A DNA stretch of 18,296 bases. It comes from Candidatus Micrarchaeia archaeon. Lineage in GTDB: Archaea; Micrarchaeota; Micrarchaeia; Anstonellales; Bilamarchaeaceae. Under the pieces are notes generated by a model that had not been told where the DNA came from, made no database searches, and saw only the letters and a program-made list of their open reading frames with translations. Below, one piece after another: positions 7,160 through 15,024 of the stretch (positions are counted from its first letter, which is position 1; each line of letters begins with the position of its first letter). The position numbers and the translations under genes are program-made. The stretch is taken from contig JBKHJL010000022.1 in assembly GCA_046538155.1 (NCBI GenBank), positions 1 to 18,296 of the forward strand. Direction: 5' to 3'.

Positions 7160-7744
7160 TCACGCTTGGCCCAGGAGCCCCAATACCTTCATGTGCAGCT
7201 CTTCCGGGGGCTTTGTTGCATCAAGCACAACCCAGTCCGGGCAGAGAAAGGAATCATCTTTTAATTTAAGCAGGCGTTCCCGCACATGCCCCAGATACTC
7301 AATATCCTCATCATACCGGTCCGGGGAAACCCCCTCCTCCTCCTTTTGCTTCATTTTGCGCCCGTGTGCAACCTCAGGGGGCAAATCCAGCAGGAGTACC
7401 TTATCAGGTGCAAGAAAACCAATTTCCGAAACCAGCCCCTTTGCATTCCCATAAGAAAAATGCCTGTCATAGGCAATTGTGGAAAACACGTAGCGGTCAA
7501 TTATGCAGGTTTCCCGGGTGCCCCCCAGCTTTTCCTGCTCATTCGCGATGTCTGCAAGGAAAAGCAGGAAAAGGGATTTGGGGGAAACCTCACGCTTCTT
7601 TTCCAGGTATTCCCGGATGGACGGGAACTCAGGAGTTGGGTATTTAAAATGGATAAAATCAATCTTCTCTTTAAGGAGGGCAATCTGTGTGTCTTTTCCA
7701 CAGCCGTCCTGTCCCTCAATCACGATTTTGATATTATCACCCAC
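7160..7744 (-). CDS. tmk: Thymidylate (dTMP) kinase
   Basis: P-loop IVIEGQDGCGKDTQ, LLFLAD, DRYVFSTIAY, PDKVLLLDLPPEVA. Start uncertain: GTG 7744 or ATC 7732, with no in-frame ATG upstream of the P-loop. Confidence 0.92.
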   Translation of the reverse strand: MGDNIKIVIEGQDGCGKDTQIALLKEKIDFIHFKYPTPEFPSIREYLEKKREVSPKSLFLLFLADIANEQEKLGGTRETCIIDRYVFSTIAYDRHFSYGNAKGLVSEIGFLAPDKVLLLDLPPEVAHGRKMKQKEEEGVSPDRYDEDIEYLGHVRERLLKLKDDSFLCPDWVVLDATKPPEELHMKVLGLLGQA

Positions 7745-7815
7745 TGATTATTAGAAGAAAAATACATAAGGAACGCAATAAAATAAATACCTTATCCATG
7801 TGCAGGAGAGGGGGG

Positions 7816-7823
7816 TTTATATT
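7816..7823 (+). promoter_or_regulatory. Putative TATA box of pyrB-pyrI
   Basis: TTTATATT preceded by a purine-rich tract, ~35-40 nt upstream of the pyrB ATG (7857). Same octamer as in front of rfcS. Confidence 0.5.
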
Positions 7824-7856
7824 CCTGTTTCTGCCTAAACCGTGAAAGGTGGGATT

Positions 7857-8753
7857 ATGGACTTGGTATCGTTCAGGGACCTCAATAAAGAGGATGTAGA
7901 AGATTATTTTGCAAGGGCGGAAGAGATGGACCGGCAGCTTGAAGCGGGAAATGTGGAAAAGCTGGAGGGAATTGTTGCAACAATGTTTTTTGAGCCTTCC
8001 ACTAGGACGAAGCTCTCGTTCCAGGCGGCTGCAGAAAGACTGGGGCTCCAGATAATAGATTTTGTGGGCTCAAGAAGTTCCCTGAAGAAAGGGGAAAGCT
8101 TTGAGGACACCATAAAGACTGTGGACGGATATGCAGACATGATTGTAATAAGGCACCCGCAGGAAGGCTCAGCAAGGCTCGCGGCAGAATTCGCAGAATG
8201 CCCGGTAATCAATGGAGGGGACGGAGGCAACCAGCACCCCACACAAACCCTCCTGGACCTGTATACGCTAAAAAAGATGAAGGGAAAGATAGGGGGGCTT
8301 AATGTTCAACTGGTGGGGGACCTGAAGCATGCGCGCACAATGCGCTCCCTCCTGTATGGGCTGGGGATGTTTGGCGCAAAAGTGAAGCTTGTCGCGCCCC
8401 AGGGACTTGAGATGGCACGGGATGCAATTGCAGAAGTTAAGGAAAAGTTCGGGATAGAAGTAGAGGAAACCGGAACACTTGATTTCAAAGATGCGGATGT
8501 TGTATATGTATGCAGGATACAGGAAGAAAGATTTGAGGACAAGTATGAGGCGATGAGCGTAAAAAAGAAGTTCACTATAAAGCCGGAATACCTGAAGGGG
8601 GTAAAGGACGACATGATACTTATGCACCCCCTTCCCAAGATAGATGAAATACCGCAGGAAGTAGACAGGGGAAAGCACGCAAAATACTTTGAACAGGCAA
8701 AAAACGGAATCCCAATGAGGATGGCTATGATGAAGAAAATGATTAAGGGGTGA
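7857..8753 (+). CDS. pyrB: Aspartate carbamoyltransferase catalytic subunit
   Basis: FFEPSTRT, KGESFEDT, IRHP, INGGDGGNQHPTQTLLDLYT, VGDLKHART, RIQEERF, MHPLP. ATG 7857 follows GGTGGGATT. Confidence 0.97.
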   Translation: MDLVSFRDLNKEDVEDYFARAEEMDRQLEAGNVEKLEGIVATMFFEPSTRTKLSFQAAAERLGLQIIDFVGSRSSLKKGESFEDTIKTVDGYADMIVIRHPQEGSARLAAEFAECPVINGGDGGNQHPTQTLLDLYTLKKMKGKIGGLNVQLVGDLKHARTMRSLLYGLGMFGAKVKLVAPQGLEMARDAIAEVKEKFGIEVEETGTLDFKDADVVYVCRIQEERFEDKYEAMSVKKKFTIKPEYLKGVKDDMILMHPLPKIDEIPQEVDRGKHAKYFEQAKNGIPMRMAMMKKMIKG

Positions 8754-8758
8754 AACAG

Positions 8759-9193
8759 ATGGCAATTAAGGTAGATATCATAGAGCAGGGGACAGTTGTG
8801 GACCACATAAGGCAGGGGATGGGAATCAGAGTGATGGAGCTCATGGGGATAGACAGCAACTACCCCCACAGGGTTGCCCTGGTGATGAATGCAGGAAGCA
8901 AGCGCAGAGAGAAAAAAGATATCGTGAAGATTGAGGGGATTCTTGTTTCAGAAGAAAAGGCAAACGTGATAGCACTTGTATCCCCCCATGCAACAATAAA
9001 CCACATCCAGGACGGCAGGGTTGTGAAAAAAAGTGATGCCGAGCTCCCCCTGAACATCACAGGTGTCGGAAAGTGTCCAAATCCAAAATGCATAACCAAC
9101 CATGAGGAGATAGAGACCCGCTTCTCTTTGGAAGGAGAAGAGTACCGCTGCAGGTATTGCGAAAGGAAGTTCATGGCCTCTGAGCTTGTTTAA
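8759..9193 (+). CDS. pyrI: Aspartate carbamoyltransferase regulatory subunit
   Basis: GTVVDHI, KKDIVKIE, ATINHI, Zn ligands CPNPKCITN and CRYCE. Directly downstream of pyrB. ATG 8759 follows GGGGTG (alternative GTG 8750). Confidence 0.96.
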   Translation: MAIKVDIIEQGTVVDHIRQGMGIRVMELMGIDSNYPHRVALVMNAGSKRREKKDIVKIEGILVSEEKANVIALVSPHATINHIQDGRVVKKSDAELPLNITGVGKCPNPKCITNHEEIETRFSLEGEEYRCRYCERKFMASELV

Positions 9194-9198
9194 ACACA

Positions 9199-9221
9199 AA
9201 AAGCCACCGGTAGTGGCTTTT
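9199..9221 (+). terminator. Perfect hairpin plus T tracts after pyrI (putative terminator)
   Basis: AAAAGCCAC-CGGTA-GTGGCTTTT, a 9-bp perfect stem 5 nt after the pyrI stop, followed by TTTCTTTTCTTTTTT. Confidence 0.65.
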
Positions 9222-9248
9222 AAAACAATTTCTTTTCTTTTTTAACCC

Positions 9249-10106
9249 ATGAGATTTGTCTGCCCCTCTTTTTCAGACCTCTACACTCCAAATGTGGAGA
9301 TAAAGAAGTTCCCGGACGGGGATAGCTACGTGAGGGTTCCCTCCGCAGAGGAAGCGGAGGGAAAAGAAGTACTGTTGCTAAACCGGCTTTACCCTGAGCA
9401 GGACTCCTCAATATTCCAGACGCTGCTGGCGCTGCGGGCAATAAAGGAGCACAGCCCGAAAAGCATCACCCTGGTTGCCCCTTACCTTCCTTACTCAAGG
9501 CAGGACAAGGTATTCAGGGGAGGGGAAGTAAAAAGCGCAGAAGTGCTCTGCAGCCTGCTTAAGAGGGAGGGCGTGGACCTGCTGGTGACATTTGACTGCC
9601 ATTTCCTCAAAAAGGAGGGGAATTTTGAATACGGGGGGCTGAATATAATGAACATCTCCCTGAACCGCGACCTGGTGGAAAAAGCCAGGGAAATTGCAGG
9701 GGAGAATCTGGAGATAATGAGCCCGGATGAGGGGGCAAACTATCTGGTGGAGGAATTCGGGGGCAGCAGCATGAAAAAAGAGAGAGGGAAATACGCAGAA
9801 GGGGAAGAAGCATACCGGGAAATAAAGGAGGTTAAAATGGAAAAGGAAGTTTACGGGAAACCTGTGCTCATAATAGATGACATGATTTCAACCGGGGGAA
9901 CCATGCTCAGGGCAGTGGAAAACGTGAAAAAGGGTGGTGCGGAAAAAGTAGTTTGTACCGCTTCCCATGGGTTCTTCCTCAAAAACTCCCTGGAGAAACT
10001 GCAGGAATCCGGGGAAGTATTTGTTTCAGACAGTATACCAACTGAGGTTTCAAAAATATCAATCAAAAAACACCTTGAAAAAATTCCGGGGATGGAATCA
10101 GGATGA
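9249..10106 (+). CDS. prs: Ribose-phosphate pyrophosphokinase (PRPP synthetase, short archaeal type)
   Basis: KKFPDGDSYVRV, PYLPYSRQDK, SPDEGA, PRPP-binding IIDDMISTGGT, ASHG, SDSIP. 285 aa. Confidence 0.94.
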   Translation: MRFVCPSFSDLYTPNVEIKKFPDGDSYVRVPSAEEAEGKEVLLLNRLYPEQDSSIFQTLLALRAIKEHSPKSITLVAPYLPYSRQDKVFRGGEVKSAEVLCSLLKREGVDLLVTFDCHFLKKEGNFEYGGLNIMNISLNRDLVEKAREIAGENLEIMSPDEGANYLVEEFGGSSMKKERGKYAEGEEAYREIKEVKMEKEVYGKPVLIIDDMISTGGTMLRAVENVKKGGAEKVVCTASHGFFLKNSLEKLQESGEVFVSDSIPTEVSKISIKKHLEKIPGMESG

Positions 10107-11278
10107 AAATAGCATACTTCACAGACACCTACCTGCCAAACAACGATGGAGTGGTTACCGCCATCCTCAACTACAGGAAGGGGCTGGAAAAAAGGGGGCA
10201 CGATGTTTTCATCCTCACTCCGGGCACAAAAAAGCAGAAAGAGGAAAACAAGGATGAGAAAGTATACTACTTCACTTCCGCTTCATTCAAGCCATACCCG
10301 GATTACCGCCTTGCCCTGTTCCCCTTTCGCTCTGCCCGTAAACTGCTTAAGGAGATGGACGTTGACCTTATCCACTCACATGGGATAGCAACAACCGGGC
10401 TTGCGGCCGTGGATTGTGCAAGGACCCTGAAAAAGCCCTGCATAGCATCCTTCCATACAATGGTGCCCAGCGCAACCCACTACCTTACAACCCGGGAGGA
10501 TATGCAGAAGTTCCTTGAAGATGTTTCCTGGAAATATCTCAGATGGTACTACGGGTTTTTTGACAAGGTGCTTGTGCCGAGCGAATTCACCAAAAAAATC
10601 CTGGAAAAGCACAACATACCCGGGATAGAGGTAATGCCCGCTGGCATAAATTACCGGACTTATTCAAAGGGAGACGGAGAATGGATAAGGAAACAACACA
10701 AGCTGGGTAAGAAGAAAATCGTGCTCCATGTGGGGAGAATGGTGAAAGAGAAGAATCTTGAGCTGTTGATAAATGAGGCCCAATCCATCATAAACAAAAA
10801 ACCCAACGTGGTTTTTATAATAGTAGGAAAGGGTCCCGCGGAAGAGCATTACAAGAACCTGGTTTCCCTAAAAGGCCTGGAGGAATATTTTATATTCACT
10901 GGTTTTGTCCCCAAAAAAGAGCTTCCGGATTATTATGATGCTGCAGATGCGTTTGCCTTCCCCTCTTATTTTGACACGCAGGGGCTGGTGGCGCTTGAAG
11001 CAATGGCAGCTGGGCTTCCGGTTGTTGCACCTGGGAAATCCGGCTCATCCGATTTTATAAAAGACGGGGAAACCGGATACCTGTTTAAAGAGGAAGTTGA
11101 TTTCCGGGAAAAGCTCCTTCTTGCGCTGGAAAACGGAAAGGGCATGGGCAGCACGTGCAGGGAAGTTGCGCGGGAATACGATGCAGAAAAACGCGTGGAG
11201 ATGCTTGTTAAACTTTACGGAAAAATCATAAATAAGGAAAACGGAAAAAAACAACCACCTAAATCTTCATTTCCTTAA
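10103..11278 (+). CDS. GT4-family (GT-B fold) glycosyltransferase, resembling lipid glucosyltransferases
   Basis: MKIAYFTDTYLPNNDGVVT, DLIHSH, SFHT, VGRMVKEKN, VGKGP, FPSYFDTQGLVALEAMAAGLPVV (E/D-x7-E motif). ATGA overlap with prs. Confidence 0.92.
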   Translation: MKIAYFTDTYLPNNDGVVTAILNYRKGLEKRGHDVFILTPGTKKQKEENKDEKVYYFTSASFKPYPDYRLALFPFRSARKLLKEMDVDLIHSHGIATTGLAAVDCARTLKKPCIASFHTMVPSATHYLTTREDMQKFLEDVSWKYLRWYYGFFDKVLVPSEFTKKILEKHNIPGIEVMPAGINYRTYSKGDGEWIRKQHKLGKKKIVLHVGRMVKEKNLELLINEAQSIINKKPNVVFIIVGKGPAEEHYKNLVSLKGLEEYFIFTGFVPKKELPDYYDAADAFAFPSYFDTQGLVALEAMAAGLPVVAPGKSGSSDFIKDGETGYLFKEEVDFREKLLLALENGKGMGSTCREVAREYDAEKRVEMLVKLYGKIINKENGKKQPPKSSFP

Positions 11279-13814
11279 CCATCTCCTCAAATTCCTTGAA
11301 GGTTTTCAGGAGCACTGAGCCTGCCTGTATCTCAAGTTTGAGAGTAGTCCCTCCTTCATACCCGCTGGAAAGGTATTCATGGAATTCGCTTTTTTCAGCC
11401 TCCTCCTCAAACAGGATTATGTTAAGGCCATTTCCAAGGGAGGAAAGCGCATTGGATATAACTCTTCCGGGGTCATCGTAGAGATGCACAAAAATCTTCT
11501 GCCCAAGGATTGTTATCCTGGAATCATACTCTTCTGATTTTTCAAAACGGGTAAAGGGCACTGCATTGTTTATGCAGATGTCCCTCAGCTTCCTGAAGAA
11601 AGCAAGGTACCTCGTACTGTAGCCGGTTTCCTTTTCCCATGAGGTAAGCCCATAATACTTAATCTCTTTTTTTATTTCATCCATGCCTATAAGGCGGAGC
11701 AGCAGGTATTCAAGGTTATAATCGCTTATGAAAATCGGCTTGCCTTCATGGAGCATTCCGCGGAAACCGCTCTTTACCTCGCTCAGCGTGAGAGGGGTAT
11801 TCTTCCATTTATATTTTTCATTGAGCCTGGTGAATATTTTGAGAATAGCTTCCTTTTTCATTGGGATTTTCTTGGTTGTCTGCGGCGGGAAATCCGGAAT
11901 ATCCAGCCCGTACATAGTTTCGGATTTTCTTGTAAAAAGAATACCGATGCCCAGTGCAATTATTCCTATTATTCCTGCGGCCACAAAAAGCGGCTCATCA
12001 AAGATTGAGGTCGGGGCTCGCTTATACACTGTTTCAGTAAACTGAAAGTCGCCCAGCTTAAAAGTAAAAGTATGCTCTTGGTTCCCTTCAAGCGGGCCCC
12101 CAATCATCCTGGAGGCCTCAAGCTCAATGGCTTCTACGTTCTCAAAATCCCGTGCATTGGACGGGTTTCCATTCACATAAACGCTTCCGGAAACCGGTAC
12201 TCTTTTCCCATCAAGGTAAAAAGAAAACTTGTAGGTGTCTGAGGAGAAAGCATGGGAACCCTGCACAATATCCAATGTGCCCACCCGCATATATGAGCGT
12301 GCATACTTGTTCTCTTCAGTATCCATTATATTGAGTATGTAATTTCCGCTGGGAAGGAGAAATTCATAAGGAAATGTGGGCTGGGAATTAAGGGGCACTT
12401 TTGTTGTTGCAACCGGAACCCTGTCCACCTCCTCCCCCATATTGGTAATTACAAGAAATAGCCTTGCTTCTCCCCCTTCCTCGCGCAGGTCTGCCATTAT
12501 GTCCATTTTCGTTGGGCCAAGCCCTCCCGGGACAATATCGTGCCCTTCTGTGTAGATTTCCCCTTTTGTGCTTTTCTTTGCATAGATTACTTCATTGAAT
12601 CCTACGCCGCTCTCTTCATCAAAACCATATATACGCAGATACTTGCGGTCTCCGTCAAACACACTTGTATAAAATTCCACCTCTGTAAGATTTGTGGAAA
12701 CTTCAACTTCTGAAAAAGTGCTGCCTGTCGGGGCAACCCATGGCATCTCCAGCACAAAGCGGTAGACATCAAATGCCGCTTCTTCACCATCTGTCCATCC
12801 GCCGTCAAGGGTCTGGGGGAATGTGAGCAGATACCCTTTTCCATAGGAAACTGAGCTTACTGGGCCCCATATCATAGAAGCTCCCCCAAGTGCATAGAGC
12901 GGGCTGCGCAGGCTCAGGTTGTTGGTGGAAACAAGCTGGGCGCTCTCATCAAAAGTAACGCGCATCGGGTCCAGGGCAGCGGGGTTTGAAGAAACAACTG
13001 CTCCCTGCTCATTGAACATCCGGAAAAATGGCTGGCCGATGTATACAACAGTCACCCCTCTGTCCAGCAGGTCGGTTATGCGGGTACCGCTTCCTGAAAG
13101 CATCTGTTGCGGGATATAGCCGCTTGGCACCACAAGCAGCGATTGAGAAGGCAGGGTGGCAAGCTCACCCACTCCCACCTCATTGACCGGAATTCCCCAG
13201 TAGCCCATTCTTTGCTTAAATGAATTGAGGAAATCTGGGTAGGTCTCTGCCTGGTAGCGGTGGCTGCGCAAAACATAAACCGAAGAAGGCACTACCCTGT
13301 TGTATGCCTCAAGGAATATGGGAACTGTTGCAGTTTTCTCACCCTGGAGTTGCATGCGGACAAATGCGGTGTGGGTTGGGTCGCGGGGATTTTCCTTCCG
13401 GCTCGCAGTAAGTATGTCATAATCAAGTACTTTGGAGTGGATTGTCTGGGAATCCGGAGGGTTCACAACAACATCCTGGGCATAAACCCCCGACTGCATG
13501 AAAATGAATGCAGAAATAAGAAGAAGGAAAATAAGGAGTATGCCTCCCCCTGCTTTTAAGAGGAGATTCGTGCTTACAAGGGGCTGTCCTTTCTCTTTTT
13601 TCTCCAGCGGGGCGATTCCTTCCTTCTGCTCTTCCTCTTCTTTATCCTCCAGAACGACCTCGCCTTCTGGTTTCCTCAATGAACCTATGAACTCCTTTAC
13701 CTTCTCAATTGGTGTCTTTTCCACCTTCCTGAATTTGAGTTCGCTTGAATAGCGCTTCTTTACATCAAACTGAAAAGTGCGCTTCTTTATCTTCAAGTCC
13801 TTTATATCCACCAT
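11259..13814 (-). CDS. Large hypothetical membrane protein: two TM helices flanking a ~500-aa probable extracellular region, with cytoplasmic N- and C-terminal domains
   Basis: 851-aa ORF. TM1 about aa 88-106 (AGGGILLIFLLLISAFIFM), TM2 about aa 609-627 (LFVAAGIIGIIALGIGILF) followed by RK. Lys-rich ends and a beta-rich, Lys-poor middle. 4 nt from the upstream gene; 20-nt convergent overlap with the glycosyltransferase. Confidence 0.85.
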   Translation of the reverse strand: MVDIKDLKIKKRTFQFDVKKRYSSELKFRKVEKTPIEKVKEFIGSLRKPEGEVVLEDKEEEEQKEGIAPLEKKEKGQPLVSTNLLLKAGGGILLIFLLLISAFIFMQSGVYAQDVVVNPPDSQTIHSKVLDYDILTASRKENPRDPTHTAFVRMQLQGEKTATVPIFLEAYNRVVPSSVYVLRSHRYQAETYPDFLNSFKQRMGYWGIPVNEVGVGELATLPSQSLLVVPSGYIPQQMLSGSGTRITDLLDRGVTVVYIGQPFFRMFNEQGAVVSSNPAALDPMRVTFDESAQLVSTNNLSLRSPLYALGGASMIWGPVSSVSYGKGYLLTFPQTLDGGWTDGEEAAFDVYRFVLEMPWVAPTGSTFSEVEVSTNLTEVEFYTSVFDGDRKYLRIYGFDEESGVGFNEVIYAKKSTKGEIYTEGHDIVPGGLGPTKMDIMADLREEGGEARLFLVITNMGEEVDRVPVATTKVPLNSQPTFPYEFLLPSGNYILNIMDTEENKYARSYMRVGTLDIVQGSHAFSSDTYKFSFYLDGKRVPVSGSVYVNGNPSNARDFENVEAIELEASRMIGGPLEGNQEHTFTFKLGDFQFTETVYKRAPTSIFDEPLFVAAGIIGIIALGIGILFTRKSETMYGLDIPDFPPQTTKKIPMKKEAILKIFTRLNEKYKWKNTPLTLSEVKSGFRGMLHEGKPIFISDYNLEYLLLRLIGMDEIKKEIKYYGLTSWEKETGYSTRYLAFFRKLRDICINNAVPFTRFEKSEEYDSRITILGQKIFVHLYDDPGRVISNALSSLGNGLNIILFEEEAEKSEFHEYLSSGYEGGTTLKLEIQAGSVLLKTFKEFEEMVKEMKI

Positions 13815-13818
13815 ATGC

Positions 13819-14547
13819 TCACTGAATCTGCTCCAGATAGCCCTGCCTGACCAGGCGGTTCAGAACATCCTCCACCCTGGCTTCAGGAACCCGGTTGTGC
13901 TTTGCAAACTCCACGATGTTTATGGAACCGTTGTGGTCCATTATCCAGTTCTGGATTCTGGTGCTGAGGACGCTGTCGGATATCCCTCCCCTGAGCTTTT
14001 CAAATCTCACCTTGTACTCATCATTCTCATTCTTTAGCTCATAATTCTCCTTGGAAAGGCTTTTCACCTGGTTGCGGTATATCATGGAGGAGCGGCGAAG
14101 GTTCTCCACCTCCCTCTTGAGCTGGTCGTATTCCTTATAAAGGGCCTTGTAGTCTCCGCTGGTATAATCTTCCATCTGCCTCATGGTTTCCTCAACAAGC
14201 TGGTAAACTACCTTGTTGTCAATATCGTAGTAAGGCTCAACCAGGGTTACCATATTCAGCAGATAGCGAAGTACGTCAAGCTTTCTCTTGGTTGGAGAAA
14301 CATTGGAGGGTACTGTGTAGATTGCCTCTATCTCATCCTTCTTGAACTTCATCATGGAAAACAGGTAAGGGGTTTTGTCTATGCTCCTGCTCTCCACGTA
14401 TGCGACATCAACGCCCTCTTTCTCTTTTGCTATCTTAAGGAATGAGATGCTGCTGAGGGCATTTGCAACATCAGAAAACTTGCCGGTAAGCTTTGCGGTC
14501 ATCCGGAAACCATCTACTTTGGGTTCTGGTGCTCCTTCTTCAACCAT
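13819..14547 (-). CDS. Hypothetical soluble protein with leucine-zipper coiled coil and C-terminal winged-helix-like domain
   Basis: 242 aa. Heptads L136-L143-L150-Y157-L164-L171-Y178-L185. C-terminus GSINIVEFAKHNRVPEARVEDVLNRLVRQGYLE has the wHTH pattern. Confidence 0.85.
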   Translation of the reverse strand: MVEEGAPEPKVDGFRMTAKLTGKFSDVANALSSISFLKIAKEKEGVDVAYVESRSIDKTPYLFSMMKFKKDEIEAIYTVPSNVSPTKRKLDVLRYLLNMVTLVEPYYDIDNKVVYQLVEETMRQMEDYTSGDYKALYKEYDQLKREVENLRRSSMIYRNQVKSLSKENYELKNENDEYKVRFEKLRGGISDSVLSTRIQNWIMDHNGSINIVEFAKHNRVPEARVEDVLNRLVRQGYLEQIQ

Positions 14548-14552
14548 TCATC

Positions 14553-15023
14553 TCACTTCTTCTTGGCTTTTTTCGCCTTTGACCGGCGGCTGGGTGCTGC
14601 CTTTGTCCTGGGGGAGAGCCTTTTTGCAATCTGCTGGGGGGTTCTCCGTGTTCTTCTCTCTTCCTCGCCCTCAAGGCCGGGGATGTAGCTCAACAGGGAA
14701 AGTGCAACAATCATGATTCCCAGCACAAGGGCAAAGAAAATGCTCACAAGATTGATTGGTGCTCCCAGCAAAAGGGGGCCAAGAGTGAGGATTACCACGA
14801 GGATTGCAGCAACCGCGGTGTGGATTACCGCCATCTTCTCAAACTTTTCCCGCTTTTTCCTGTATTCCTCCAGGTGCTCGTCCGAAACCACCAGCTCGTT
14901 GTTTTGGAGTATGCCCAGCTTTCCCTTTATCTTTCTTATAGTGCGGATTATTGCGTCCTCTTTTATCGGGGTTCCCTCTCCTTTCGGGACTTCTTCCCGG
15001 GATATTATGCATACTCTCGCCAT
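14553..15023 (-). CDS. Hypothetical 2-TM membrane protein with Lys/Arg-rich C-terminal tail
   Basis: 156 aa. Hydrophobic hairpin AVIHTAVAAILVVILTLGPLLLG / LVSIFFALVLGIMIVALSLLSYI. GGAGGAGGG upstream. 1 nt after the ATPase stop. Confidence 0.85.
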   Translation of the reverse strand: MARVCIISREEVPKGEGTPIKEDAIIRTIRKIKGKLGILQNNELVVSDEHLEEYRKKREKFEKMAVIHTAVAAILVVILTLGPLLLGAPINLVSIFFALVLGIMIVALSLLSYIPGLEGEEERRTRRTPQQIAKRLSPRTKAAPSRRSKAKKAKKK

Positions 15024-15024
15024 G

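Noticed and set aside
6884..7264. 126-aa + strand ORF
   Set aside because: Runs antisense across tRNA-Glu and the tmk 3' end. CSRRDSNPG is the typical translation of an antisense tRNA T arm.
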